64,000 nt of DNA from Schizochytrium sp. TIO01 (lineage: Eukaryota; Protista; Bigyra: Labyrinthulomycetes), in assembly GCA_004764695.1 (NCBI GenBank), contig SMSO01000037.1, positions 4,316,747 to 4,380,746 of the forward strand, in the 5' to 3' direction. Both the position numbers and the translations under genes were made by a program. The notes under the pieces are model-generated. The model was not told the DNA's origin. It saw only the letters and a list, made by a program, of their open reading frames with translations, and did no database searches. Positions within the stretch are counted from its first letter, which is position 1, and the number at the start of each line of letters is the position of its first letter. This document shows positions 13,303-24,631 of this stretch, one piece after another.

Positions 13303-14426
13303 ATGATAATTGTCCTGTCTGCAGGCTTCAATATCTAGGTACAACTCCGATGGCCTGAAAGAAGACTCTTGCAGCAAAAAGAAAACTATGCTTGAAGAAC
13401 AAGAGCAAACAGGCCAACGGAAATCAACAAAAGGCACTGAGGACGCGTAGTTGATATGATTTTACATAGCTCAGATACCAGCATAATGCCATGAACTTGA
13501 AGTGTCTATTATCGTGGCTAGATGTGATTCTCTCAGGCTCATTCCTTTTCTGAAGGAGCATCTGGGGAGTCGAATAATCCGGGACTTGAGCCGACCCAAC
13601 CTACGATCTGTCCACGCACTTTAAAAATTTTAATTAACATATCAAAAAAATATCAAAAAATTCTTGTAATACTACTTCCAAGCAACGGTGTAGGCATTGC
13701 CTATTTAAAAACATATCTTTTAAAGTTACTGCCTTATATTGTAGTATATGAAATTTAGTTTTTAATTTAAAAAAAGTTCCGCCAACAATTCGAGAAACTG
13801 AGTTAATCACGCGTCAATCACTGGTGCGTACTAAGAGTTGATGTTTAGTAAATAAAGTTAAGTTTCTTAGTATAAGGAAGAAGAGGTTGACCACTTGAGC
13901 AACAAGTGAAATTCTTGTAGCTATAGATACCTACAGTTAATGCTAATACTGTGCTATCACTGAGTACTACTGACACCGAATACAAATGCTTTAGAAAAGT
14001 TATACAAACCCAGCTGGTATTTCACAAACCTTGTGTTGCAAGGAGTGATCTCATCTTCTCATTTTGAGTCATTCATACATAAATACTCTCGCAGATTCAT
14101 ATATGCAGGGTACTCCTTAGTTTTTCGAGGCTTAAGAGTTGAGATCCTCAATCGTGCGCGTGCCAAACCCTGATTAGGCCTTGAGTCCATTATTGTTGGA
14201 CCCGAATCCTCAAAGCCTTAGCACGCATCTCTCAGCGCCTTCGCTCTTCGGGCAAAATCAAACAGGAATAGATATTTCCTGTCGTCAACTTTAAGGCTCG
14301 TATCTAGTAATAGAGTGCACCACAGCACCTTGCGACCTAGCAAGCTGCCCCAGTGAACTTATTTCTACGATTCTTATATATTGCCACAATCAGGTTGTTG
14401 AGTAAATCTGGTATTCTAGGGGCAAC

Positions 14427-15980
14427 ATGCAAACAGATCTATTACGTTGGACAATAATTTTAGGTTCGGCATTCACATTTCTACTTACCTACCAGTATTT
14501 ATCAAATGAGCGCTCTTATGATGGCCATCTCGTAGCTGTCGTCTTCCAGGCCAGCCCACACGATTCAGAAGCACAGTTAGTGGTAAAAACTCCAACAACG
14601 GACTTTTCACAAATCGCAATACCTGAACTAGGTATTGATACACAAAATCACTCTAAAAGCATAACTACTCTGGTGAAAGATAAAGGTGAAGTACTCCCTA
14701 ATGACAACTCTTCAGTGAAGATCCCAGATCCAAATGAGTTTGTGGAGCACAATAGTCCTGTAGAACCTTTCACATACGATCGTGAGCAACTGTTGTCAGA
14801 CAAAACAATTCCTGTTCTCGTGGACACAAGCTCATCGGCAACCCGAGATATCCCTCAGAATTTGACTCGTCGTCTGGGCTACTTTTTACACATCCATAAG
14901 GGCGGTGGTACTTCTGTGTGTAAGTCTATGAAAGCATATGGAGAGAATACATACAAAGGAAATTGTAATATGGGAGAGCCACATAGCCGCGCCAACCTAG
15001 CTTCCGGTTCTCTTGCTACTCAGAAGAAGCTTTTCGATCGCATGCTTGGAATTGGTCGAACCTTTGTTGCAAACGAATGGATGTTGCCATCGCAGATCCT
15101 GAAGCAGCCCGGTTTAGTCTACATAACGCTTCTTCGCAATCCCTTAGCGCGGACAGAGTCACATTATGCAATGGCGATGAAGCAAGCAATTTCAAAAATT
15201 GAAAGCGACAGTCTTTACGCATCTTGTCTTTGGGGACCTCAACTTCCTGACTACAAAACTATTTCCTCGAAGAGGCCGAGGGAGTCTTCGAGAAATAGGA
15301 TCTATTTTGCGCGCAATTCACCTGATAATTGGCAAACACGGGCACTCTGTGGTACGCCTTGCGCTGCTGTGCCTTTTGGAGCCCTGCGAAAGAAACATCT
15401 TACAATTGCAAAGAAAAATCTTGTCCGCGTCTTTGATGCAGTTGGAATTCTTGAGCAGTATAGTGAATCCATGAATCTTTTTCGGAATGTGCTTCAGATC
15501 GAGGTAAACAACACAGAGGATCTCCATCTTGGAACTCACCACTCTGGTGAAAGCTTCGTTGACGCGGCTATTGGCAAGGCGGTAAACTCGACCTCTGTAG
15601 TCAATTTCCTACAGTGGTTCTATGCTGTCAATCTTCTTGATATTCAATTGTACAACTTTGGGCGGATCTTATTCAAGCAGCAAATGATGTACTACCTCAA
15701 TAAAGATGTTGACACTGGGCCAAGTCTATCGTCGAACCTTACGCTTCCAAATGGCGTCACCTACTCGAATCAGTTCTTGAGTCGACTACTGCAGAATTAT
15801 GTAAAGAAATCGAAGTGTACGACTACGTGCTGCGGTCTTTGTGCACCAATCGGACACTTCTGGCGTGGTGTTGCATATCGAATCGACATGATTCCAACTC
15901 CTCCTGAATGCTATCCTACGACAGAACCCCCTGTCATGGATCCTGAAGACCCGGAGCCTCACGTATCCTCGTTTGTCTAA
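14427..15980 (+). CDS. Golgi-type (type II membrane) carbohydrate sulfotransferase
   Basis: N-terminal TM WTIILGSAFTFLLTY; 5'-PSB motif FLHIHKGGGTS; 3'-PB motif ITLLRNPLARTESHY; later FDAVGILEQYSES and NLLDIQLYNFG motifs. Confidence 0.85.
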   Translation: MQTDLLRWTIILGSAFTFLLTYQYLSNERSYDGHLVAVVFQASPHDSEAQLVVKTPTTDFSQIAIPELGIDTQNHSKSITTLVKDKGEVLPNDNSSVKIPDPNEFVEHNSPVEPFTYDREQLLSDKTIPVLVDTSSSATRDIPQNLTRRLGYFLHIHKGGGTSVCKSMKAYGENTYKGNCNMGEPHSRANLASGSLATQKKLFDRMLGIGRTFVANEWMLPSQILKQPGLVYITLLRNPLARTESHYAMAMKQAISKIESDSLYASCLWGPQLPDYKTISSKRPRESSRNRIYFARNSPDNWQTRALCGTPCAAVPFGALRKKHLTIAKKNLVRVFDAVGILEQYSESMNLFRNVLQIEVNNTEDLHLGTHHSGESFVDAAIGKAVNSTSVVNFLQWFYAVNLLDIQLYNFGRILFKQQMMYYLNKDVDTGPSLSSNLTLPNGVTYSNQFLSRLLQNYVKKSKCTTTCCGLCAPIGHFWRGVAYRIDMIPTPPECYPTTEPPVMDPEDPEPHVSSFV

Positions 15981-16768
15981 TATGGTGACTGTGAACTCTG
16001 AGCTGCTCCATTTTTTTTTGCAACTCGATCAGGTCGTCTCAGAATATGCTATTTCAACAACTCATGTGTAAATTGCGGTCTGTTTTCAATCTTCATAAAA
16101 GAAAAAAGAAACTCTACTTCCCATGAAATCGTATTTTGAGTGAAAAATTGCGTGTAAGCTCTGTAACCCAACAGACTCGCCTGCAAGGTTAGAATATTTA
16201 GCCAGTTGAACTTTTGTCGATTACGACAGTATAGAACTGGGCATCAAAAGCTTGTCCAAGCAGTCGAGCCATAAGAAGCATGTCACTGTGACTTGGGGAA
16301 GAAATAATCAAGTATCACCAATAACAGAGCTTTAGTTGATCAAACTTAGGCTGGCCAATTTAGGAGCAAAGAATTAGGGTAGCCTTCCTTTACCTAGCTA
16401 TGAGCAGACAACATAAAGAATGGTTTATTATTACTAACAAGTAGGTGATGGTATAAAATAAAAAAATTAAAATTAAAATTATATAGGATACATAGGTAGC
16501 CTTGGTGCACCTACTTGAAAAAAGAGAGAACTCTGTTCATGGAGTTGCTATCATGTCAATAATGAGTGGGACTGGTTGGCTGGCTGGGATGAGCTCTCTA
16601 GTATTTGATGGTGATCCAAGGTCTCAAATTTGTTGGACCTCAGCATACAACATACAAAGAAACAATAAAAAGTTCTACAGTCAGAGGTATTGAGTGTTGA
16701 GTCTGTAAGAAAAGTCAAGCCTTACTCTCTCGCTCTAAACATACAGACTCACCCACGGCCATCTACAT

Positions 16769-16815
16769 ATTCATTCATTCATTCATTCATTCATTCATTC
16801 ATTCATTCATTCATT
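16769..16815. repeat. (ATTC)11 microsatellite upstream of TSR1
   Basis: Directly visible perfect tetranucleotide run. Confidence 0.95.
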
Positions 16816-17174
16816 TTTCGCTAATAATTGGAGGCAAGCAGAACTCCTTGTGTTACTCGTTCGAAGCGGTCATTCTGGAGGACCGTGTCGAGTAGCGCAG
16901 AGGAGTAACACGCAGAACGGAAGAACGCAGTGCGAGCGTAGAGACATTTTGCTTGTACTCTGAGCTTTCATTTCTCACGCTCCTTTGGCTTCTGCAACCC
17001 AGACGAGTCAATTGTATTGCTCTGGTCTCTACTCCAGTGCAATCCATTCCACTCCCTTCTTCAGCCTATAAGAATACAGAGACGGACGACCACAGGTGAA
17101 AGCGCAAACGTCAGGAACTCAGGCAGTCAGACAGAGAGGAGGCTAGACAGTCCATTGAAGGCCGACAGGGGAAA

Positions 17175-19682
17175 ATGTCTCAGCATCGTTCTGGTTGGCA
17201 AAAGCAGAGCAACAAGACGCACAAAACTGTCAAGCGTAGCAAACGCACTCTTGACAAAGCCAATGCGGGCCGCATTCTCGGTGGCACTTCCGTTGGAGGT
17301 GGTTATGGTGGTGCAGGAGGCCGTAGCGTTTTCTCTTCTGCCACTTCATCCACCTTTGGAGGACGAGTTGAACGCGCCAACCGCGCTGCTATGATCCGCA
17401 AGAACAAACGCCAAGCAACTCTTCTGGCCAGACGCCAAGGCGGGTCCAGTGTTGGTCACTTGGCTGGCGGCGCACCGCGCACGGTCGGCATTGTGCAGCT
17501 TTCCCCCACAGGAGGTCTCCCGGCAGTACTTGGAGAAGAGGCTGCTAAGCACCTCAAACGCGGCGGAGACATGTTCACGGAGGTGCATGCTAAGGACAAA
17601 TTCCGGACTACGTATATTCTGGCAGAGCGCAATACATTGAGTGTCCTGGATGTAGCTAAGGTAAGCGATATCCTTATCTTCGTGCTACCACTGCGCATCC
17701 CCGATGGCCAGAGTATGATTTCTGCAGCCAGTATGAAGCGTGGCGGCACTATGGAGCTCTACCTCGGAGACGCTATCGACGAGGTCGGTCGCAAATTTAT
17801 CTCTGTGGCCAAAGCACAGGGACTTCCCACTGTCTTGGGAATTCTTCAAAACCTCGATCAAGTTCCGAACAAATACCAGCCAAGCATCAAGAAACAAGCG
17901 GCCAATTTCTTTGAGGAGGAGTTCGGTGACTCTGCAAAGGTGGTTGTGGACGCTCCTGTGGTCTACGATACACAAATGTCTACTGACGAGACCTCTGCTT
18001 CCTCGACTTCAAGTCCTGCAAACGTGGCAAGAGTCCACTTCATGCGCGCTTTGATGGAGTCCAAGCTTCGCCGTATCGCGTGGCGCTCCGAGCGCTCCTA
18101 CATGCTCGGGTACTCTTCATCATATGATGCTACTTCGCAAACCCTCAAGGTCTCTGGCTACCTTCGCGGACGTCCTCTCAGTGTGAATCAGCTTGTGCAC
18201 ATTACTGGACATGGGACTTACAAAATGAGCAAGATTGAGGCTTCTCCTGATCCTTACCCGGAGCGCTCGCACCGCGCCAAGTCCAGCGACATGGGAATTG
18301 AGGACTCTACTCTCGCTGTTGTAGATGAAAGTAAGGTCCCAAGCCTGCAAGAGGAGGCCACACCGGATCTCCTTGCTGGAGAACAAACCTGGCCTACGAA
18401 CGAGGAGATGGGTGAGGCATCCGGCAACCCTCAGGCTGACGATGAAAGCAAATTGAAGAAGCAAATGCGTTCACTCAAACAAAAGGGTACCTCAGACTAC
18501 CAGGCGGCTTGGCTTCTCGGTATGAGCGATGATGAGGAAGAAGCTGAAGATGGAGATGCTCTTGAAGACGATGACGACGGTAAGGATATTGGTGGCGATC
18601 TTGACGAGGCCGACCAAGGACTTTCTCTCGAAGAGTGGAAACGAAAGCACCTCAAGGAAAAGGAACAGGAGGAGCTAGAGTTCCCTGATGAGGTTGACAC
18701 CCCTCGCGACATCTCCGCTCGCGAGCGTTTCACTAAATACCGCGGTCTTAAGTCATTTCGTGCCAGTCCGTGGCACCCCAAGGAGTCTCTCCCGCAAGAA
18801 TACGCTCGTATCTTCCAAATCGAGAACTCCAAAGCACTCGAGAATCAAATTCTTCAGGACGGTGATGAGATTGAGCGCACTTGGCTTGCAGCTTCGCTTT
18901 CCCCTGACGTTGGTGCTGTTGGAAAGGAGGGCGCCATTGAAGGCCTTATTCTTCCGGGCAACTACATCACACTCACCATCAACGGTGTAGAATCTGACAT
19001 CGCCTCCGCTACTAAGGAATCTGGCTTACCTCTTGTTGTTGGTGCCCTTCTTCCCAATGAGCAGAAACTTAGTATAATGAACTGCAACATTCAGAAGAAC
19101 CCTGAATACACGGAGTCTGTCAAGTCGCGCACCCCGTTGCTCATGAGCTGCGGCCTCTGGCGCCGCATGGTGCGGCCTGCGTTTTCCGAGAACACTGTGA
19201 ATTGTGATAAGCACAAGTTCGAGCGCTTCCTGCACGCTGGTCGCTGGTCTGTTGCATCAGTCTATGCTCCGCTTACTTTTGGTTCCAATGTTCCTGTGCT
19301 TCTTTTGGAGAATGAAGGCCAAGACATGGTTGCAAGTGGTACTGTTCTTGACATGAACCCGGACCGCATTGTGTTAAAGAAGATCTGCCTCTCGGGTCAT
19401 CCTGTTCGTGTGAAGAAATCGTGGGCTGTGATTCGCTACATGTTCTTTACCCCCGAAGATGTGCGCTGGTTTAAACCTGTGGATTTGTGGACCAAGTATG
19501 GTATGTCTGGTCGGATTGTGGAACCTCTCGGTACCCACGGTCTGTACAAGTGTACCTTCAACAAGCCTATCAAGCAGCATGACACTGTGATGATGTCCTT
19601 GTACAAACGTGTCTTTCCCAAGCCCGTTGAAGAGTTCAAAGATCTTCAAGCTGCGGCTCTAGAAGACAGAATGGAGGCATAG
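17175..19682 (+). CDS. TSR1: Pre-rRNA-processing protein TSR1 (40S biogenesis)
   Basis: HRSGWQKQSNKTHK N-terminus; LDVAKVSD; GYLRGRPLSVNQLVHITGHG; EQTWPT; FPDEVDTP; ARERFTKYRGLKSFR; RYMFFTPEDVRWFKPV; EPLGTHG; LYKRVFPK. Confidence 0.97.
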   Translation: MSQHRSGWQKQSNKTHKTVKRSKRTLDKANAGRILGGTSVGGGYGGAGGRSVFSSATSSTFGGRVERANRAAMIRKNKRQATLLARRQGGSSVGHLAGGAPRTVGIVQLSPTGGLPAVLGEEAAKHLKRGGDMFTEVHAKDKFRTTYILAERNTLSVLDVAKVSDILIFVLPLRIPDGQSMISAASMKRGGTMELYLGDAIDEVGRKFISVAKAQGLPTVLGILQNLDQVPNKYQPSIKKQAANFFEEEFGDSAKVVVDAPVVYDTQMSTDETSASSTSSPANVARVHFMRALMESKLRRIAWRSERSYMLGYSSSYDATSQTLKVSGYLRGRPLSVNQLVHITGHGTYKMSKIEASPDPYPERSHRAKSSDMGIEDSTLAVVDESKVPSLQEEATPDLLAGEQTWPTNEEMGEASGNPQADDESKLKKQMRSLKQKGTSDYQAAWLLGMSDDEEEAEDGDALEDDDDGKDIGGDLDEADQGLSLEEWKRKHLKEKEQEELEFPDEVDTPRDISARERFTKYRGLKSFRASPWHPKESLPQEYARIFQIENSKALENQILQDGDEIERTWLAASLSPDVGAVGKEGAIEGLILPGNYITLTINGVESDIASATKESGLPLVVGALLPNEQKLSIMNCNIQKNPEYTESVKSRTPLLMSCGLWRRMVRPAFSENTVNCDKHKFERFLHAGRWSVASVYAPLTFGSNVPVLLLENEGQDMVASGTVLDMNPDRIVLKKICLSGHPVRVKKSWAVIRYMFFTPEDVRWFKPVDLWTKYGMSGRIVEPLGTHGLYKCTFNKPIKQHDTVMMSLYKRVFPKPVEEFKDLQAAALEDRMEA

Positions 19683-20299
19683 ATATACGCACGATTATGT
19701 GGTTTTCTTATTAGGCATTCAAGGCTGTAACTCTTTTTCATTTTCCTCATATGTCAAATTTCAGATCAGGGAATGGAGTGTTGAGAATGAGCTTTATCTA
19801 TGCGATGAGATTTGATTCCATGCATTCTTGTTATTTCCAATTCCTTTTTGTCCATTTCTCTGGCTTTGACCCGTTCTACTGTGAAGCATTCTTATTTTAT
19901 GTTATCGCAACTGATTGTGTTTCTTCTTAAATACCAAGGGCTGATTCGTTCATCTAGTCTTTTTTCTTTTGCAAAGGAGAAAACCTTAAATAAAAATTAA
20001 ATCTAATTGCTTACTCTTCACTAATCTTACTCCCAGACGTTGATGACCCATATCTCCTTTAGCACACTTCCCACAAACACAGTTTTGCTCGCCTGAAGAA
20101 ACCGAAGCAGGGTTTAAAAAGAAAATATGGCCAAAGATGACCAATATGATGAACTTCCTTGACATGCATCACTTAAAGCCTATTCCGAAACAACTCCTAA
20201 TTTTTTCTAACTTTTTTTTTTTGTTGTTGTTTCTTTTGGGTTGGGGGTTGGGCGGTCACATCCTGAGAAGGATAGAAATTTACGACTTGGGGGTTAAAA

Positions 20300-21265
20300 T
20301 TATGAAGTGATTCGCAGGCCACTATGCTCAATCGTAAAGTCAAACACTCTTCCTTCTGCTGTTCCGATGTGTGAAAGCCTGAATTGCGATTGGCCATCAA
20401 GGCATTCAGTATAAAGTTTTAGTGTAACAAGTTTCTGCCAAGTCTGTGAAAGGTACTCTGGGCTTCTGTTCGACCCTCGAGGCCTATACAAGCAAGGCTT
20501 AACGCACATAATTGATGCAATGTGCCGTTTCGCTAGTTGCTGAATAGCCAGAGGAATAGAAACATGGAAGCCAGCGGAGACAGGGTCAGTCTCAAGATCT
20601 TGCCAATAAAATGTCGATATTGAATCAAAAATGATGAGCTTCACGTTTTCATGTCGAAGAAACTCTGTGGTGAGAGAGTGAATAGTAGCTAGGACCTGAA
20701 GGCTCCCTGGACAGCGGTAGATCAAAACCTTCTCGAGGCAAGCCTGAGCCACCTCGGTAGCCTTATCCTGACTTAGAAGACCATTCTTGCATGCTCGTTC
20801 GAGTGGAGCAGCAATGATACCTGCTAAGCGTATAGAGTTAAGTCTCAGATCGCTATCAAAGAAAACTACACTACCATCTTCACCGCCCAGCTGTAAGACC
20901 TGTCCATCTTCGAGCTCTAGAGACCTTGGCAGAACGCAAGTTGCAACGGCACGCAAAACCAGCTCAGTTTTGCCAGACTGTGAGAGGCCTGAGACCTCAA
21001 TGATATCTCTCAGGCTATCATTTTTCAATTGAGAAGGTGTGATTGTGCTAGCATTTGTTTGTTGATGAGTGACTGAGTTTGTAGCTGAGCCTATCTTTGT
21101 TTGGTTTTTGCTGTTGTTGCGTTGGTTCTCTCGAAGTAGATCAAGAGGTGGCATCCCGGTTAGAGGGAACAGGGACCCACCGCCTCGTGCTCGAGAGAAG
21201 ATTTCGTAAGCTGTTTCCTCAGCGACACCTCCGCTTTCATCTGAGAGACCTACTGTTTTCATCAC
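20300..21265 (-). CDS. XRCC2: RAD51 paralog, XRCC2-like
   Basis: Walker A GLSQSGKT; CVLP...GG..GSVVFFDSDLR; Walker B LIIFDSISTFYWQD (XRCC2: LILDSLSAFYWID); YLSQTWQKLVT. The listed start is GTG; the next codon is ATG. Confidence 0.85.
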   Translation of the reverse strand: MMKTVGLSDESGGVAEETAYEIFSRARGGGSLFPLTGMPPLDLLRENQRNNSKNQTKIGSATNSVTHQQTNASTITPSQLKNDSLRDIIEVSGLSQSGKTELVLRAVATCVLPRSLELEDGQVLQLGGEDGSVVFFDSDLRLNSIRLAGIIAAPLERACKNGLLSQDKATEVAQACLEKVLIYRCPGSLQVLATIHSLTTEFLRHENVKLIIFDSISTFYWQDLETDPVSAGFHVSIPLAIQQLAKRHIASIMCVKPCLYRPRGSNRSPEYLSQTWQKLVTLKLYTECLDGQSQFRLSHIGTAEGRVFDFTIEHSGLRITS

Positions 21266-22278
21266 AGTTTTCGTCGTTCCTTCTAGCCAGATACCTTGCT
21301 ATAAAAGTTTGCAGACAATAATATATTGATGTTGGCAAGCTCCTCGAGAGTCTTTTGCCGTGACCTAGTTAAGTAGATAGTACCTAGTATCTAGTAATAA
21401 TTAGTTACTGGTGGTAGTTTGGTTCTGCTAGGATGCATAAGCCGTCGTGTTCGTGCTAGGTAGGTAGGTAGGTAGGAAGGTACTATTCTTATAATTAGAG
21501 GAAGAAAGCTTGCTTATTATGCAACTAGAAACAAGCAAAACTCAGACGTCTTTAGTTTAGGTCACCTTTGAGCAACCCTCCGGATCGTGTTCTAAGAGGT
21601 ATTGTCTAGCGCTTGCTACAGATAACCGAAAAGTTATTAGCACATCTACCACATAAGGTTCATAATTTCTAAAACATTAAGTATATGAGGTATTTTGGCC
21701 CCAACACATCTACAAAATAATTTCAGAAAAGACAATTGCTCAATTTACTTTCTTGAAGTTCCAAATAGCTCACAAATAATTGTGCGCCTTGATATATAGA
21801 TTCAATACAAGAGAAACAGTTTGGAGTATCTAGAGGTACTTTGATTTAGGTGGAGGTAATACTGTATATATGCCCTTGAACGTAAAAGGAGTAAAATGGT
21901 ATCATTGGATTTGTTTGGCGTACAAATGTCTTCAGTGAGGCTTTACCACGATTTAAGTCCCAGAATACAGGTCAAGGTCTGTTTACCACAATTGCAATCT
22001 CAATTTTTCGCAAAATTCAGAGCTTTCCCGATGTTTGGCTAATTATAGTGTTGATGGACATGTTCTATCTTGAGATTTCACAGACTTCATTTTAACAAAT
22101 TGAGTTAAAGGATAACTTGATGTCAAAACACAAGGCTGGGATCATACCCTTCGAGAATGAGGTGAGGAAATAATCAAAGGCCAGGCAATACCCCAGCACT
22201 TATAACGTAATAATACTGTTGATGAGACTGTTCAACAGTGGATGTATCCAAGAGTTAAATAGGATTGGCAATCAAACG

Positions 22279-23634
22279 TCAATCTTCATCCTCGTCATCC
22301 AGGGCAGGGAGATGCAAGGCAGCTTCTCTACGAGCTTGTGCTTTAACCGATGCTGGGGCAGTGGACGCTTCCCGAATAGCATGGTTTGCAACATCCGACG
22401 ATTTAGAGGCTAGATTTGGATTCTCCTTTCCTTTGTAAATAGTGCGAAAATCAACAGCGTGACTTAACATAGCTTCGGCTCGCTTCTGCGGCTGTTTTGA
22501 AAGGTGCCTAGTTCGTCCCTGATTAGCCCTGGTGTTTTCATCGGCCTTGCCTTTCTGTTGGGCAAGAGTCCCTGACGATGGTGGGGCCAAAGTTAGATCT
22601 GCATTAGGTGATAGTTTTGGCATAGTGACCTTGAGCTCGCCTGTCGCCTTGGATCTCTCACACTTTGCATCATCAGCCCGAACTTCCTCAAACGCTCCAC
22701 CAGGAAATCCGAGGCGAAGGGTCTTGTCTCTAAAGATTACTTCTACAAACCTTGGATAAACCTGGCAATCAATCAGGGAGGTATCTACGTAGCGTGGAAG
22801 CTGAACTCTAAGGTAATAATTTTCATTATCCTCCTCAAATGCGAAATCAAGCTCACCCTCGTTGCATTGACGGACCCTTCCATCGGGGAAAAATTGCTTT
22901 GTTCTTGCTTTTGCAACGGCTTCATAATGTTCTTTTTCGTAATTCCTTTCTTTAGGCATACGTGCCTTTTCCCGAGCCTCTTTCTCGGCCTTCTCCTCCG
23001 CCATTTCCCTATACATCTCAGTGCGAAGCTCTGGAGTATACGGAGCATGGTCACTAGTTGTTTCCTCATTTGAAGGTGCTTGCGCCTTTGTTTCCAATTC
23101 TTCACGAATGCGTTCCGCGAGTTCCCGTTTAACTTCTTCGAAGCGTTGTGTTGCGCGAATGCGGTCAGATTTTGTGATAGACATGCCATCAAGTTTAACC
23201 AGCTTAGGAAGGTGCATGATGATGAAATCCTTGTGTCCTTCCCAATCTGCGAAAGGGTTACCAACTACGTAAAGCTCTCGTAAATTTTTGTTGTATTGTA
23301 AATTTGCAATACTCTCTTCAAGTGCGGAGCATTGAACAAAGTTGAGCATAATGTCAAGCTTGTTGAGGAACTCACAAGAAGCTAACCCCTCAATTTTAGT
23401 AATGTTGTTCTGGGAGACGTTGAGATACTCCAGCTCCTTGAGATGCTGCAGATTCTCAAGTTTTCCAATAATATTGTTTTGTAAGTAGAGAATCTTGAGT
23501 TTTCTGCACAGGGTGCCAATGTTTTCAATTTTCTCAATCTCTAGCTGATGAAGTGCAATCTCCTCAAGATCTGCCATGGTACCCTCATTATGTTCTGACT
23601 TTCGTCGGATCAGCTCAGCGTCGATGCGCACCAT
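22279..23634 (-). CDS. LRRC6: Dynein axonemal assembly factor LRRC6/DNAAF11 (TilB)
   Basis: MVRIDAELIRRKSEHNEG, LHQLEIEKIE, ILYLQNNIIGKLENL, LRELYVVGNP, LRRcap, CS-like C-terminal domain. Start set at ATG 23634, matching the family N-terminus. Confidence 0.95.
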   Translation of the reverse strand: MVRIDAELIRRKSEHNEGTMADLEEIALHQLEIEKIENIGTLCRKLKILYLQNNIIGKLENLQHLKELEYLNVSQNNITKIEGLASCEFLNKLDIMLNFVQCSALEESIANLQYNKNLRELYVVGNPFADWEGHKDFIIMHLPKLVKLDGMSITKSDRIRATQRFEEVKRELAERIREELETKAQAPSNEETTSDHAPYTPELRTEMYREMAEEKAEKEAREKARMPKERNYEKEHYEAVAKARTKQFFPDGRVRQCNEGELDFAFEEDNENYYLRVQLPRYVDTSLIDCQVYPRFVEVIFRDKTLRLGFPGGAFEEVRADDAKCERSKATGELKVTMPKLSPNADLTLAPPSSGTLAQQKGKADENTRANQGRTRHLSKQPQKRAEAMLSHAVDFRTIYKGKENPNLASKSSDVANHAIREASTAPASVKAQARREAALHLPALDDEDED

Positions 23635-24631
23635 TGTACCAGTCAGTGCACCCAAGCTAGTAAGCGACTCTGCCAGACTAAGAAGCACAGAGATACAAAG
23701 ACGCGACAAGGGTTCTTGAACAAAGGACACGCGTGGTGAGCTGACCTAGATTAGCACGACCCCGAGCCCTCGCGACCGATATGCTGTTTACTACCTAGCT
23801 CGTCTCACTATCCCCTAGTTGACTCTCTTCCTCCTCTTTCATTAGTTTTGACTGTTGCAATCATCTAGAAAGAGTCTATTTTTCCGTTTACCTTCTGTTT
23901 TAAAAAGTAATAATTTCAAATTAAAAATAATAGTACTCATAAGAAATAATAACAAAGAATAATATAAATTAAATAATAGAAGCGGAACCCCTAGTAGTGT
24001 GCAGTCTTCTACCCTCTGAAAAGCCCTCAAGAAGTAGTATTCAGAAGAATGAGACGCTTCGAATACTGCGTAACTTACTTTGTGAAATATACAGGTCAAC
24101 ATAGCTGCACGATTACATTACTTTAAATATAAAAATTGGCTGGAATAGTGAAAAGATAGGTACCATTTGACTGCTAATCAATTTTTAAACTAAAACTAAA
24201 CACCAGAACCTAGCAGGAGTAGGAGTAGATACTTACATTCTTAGTACTTATCGGGATAGCAAGAATCAACCCTTCGAAGTATAGAAACGGATCCTTTGAA
24301 ACTGGGCAACATGCATATTACCTTCGGTTTGGATTGTATTCGAGCACCCAGCGCTAAGAAGATCTGCAAATACTGAGGGACGCATGCCTCAAGAGATTCA
24401 TCAGTCTTCCCTAGTTAAACTTCCTTCGCGGAAAAGTGCTTCAATTTAAGTAATAGGTAGGGAGAACTGGGCTTTTGGGCAAAACAAGCATACCGGACAA
24501 ACCAGAACTCTTCTACAATAACTCTGCGAGCATATCTCAGTTTGTTTCTCTCGATGCAGCGGCCGAGGTTTTGCTCCAATGAGAGAAAAGTTAGCGAAAA
24601 TAAATTAATTACGGAGCAGCACTCCGACAAG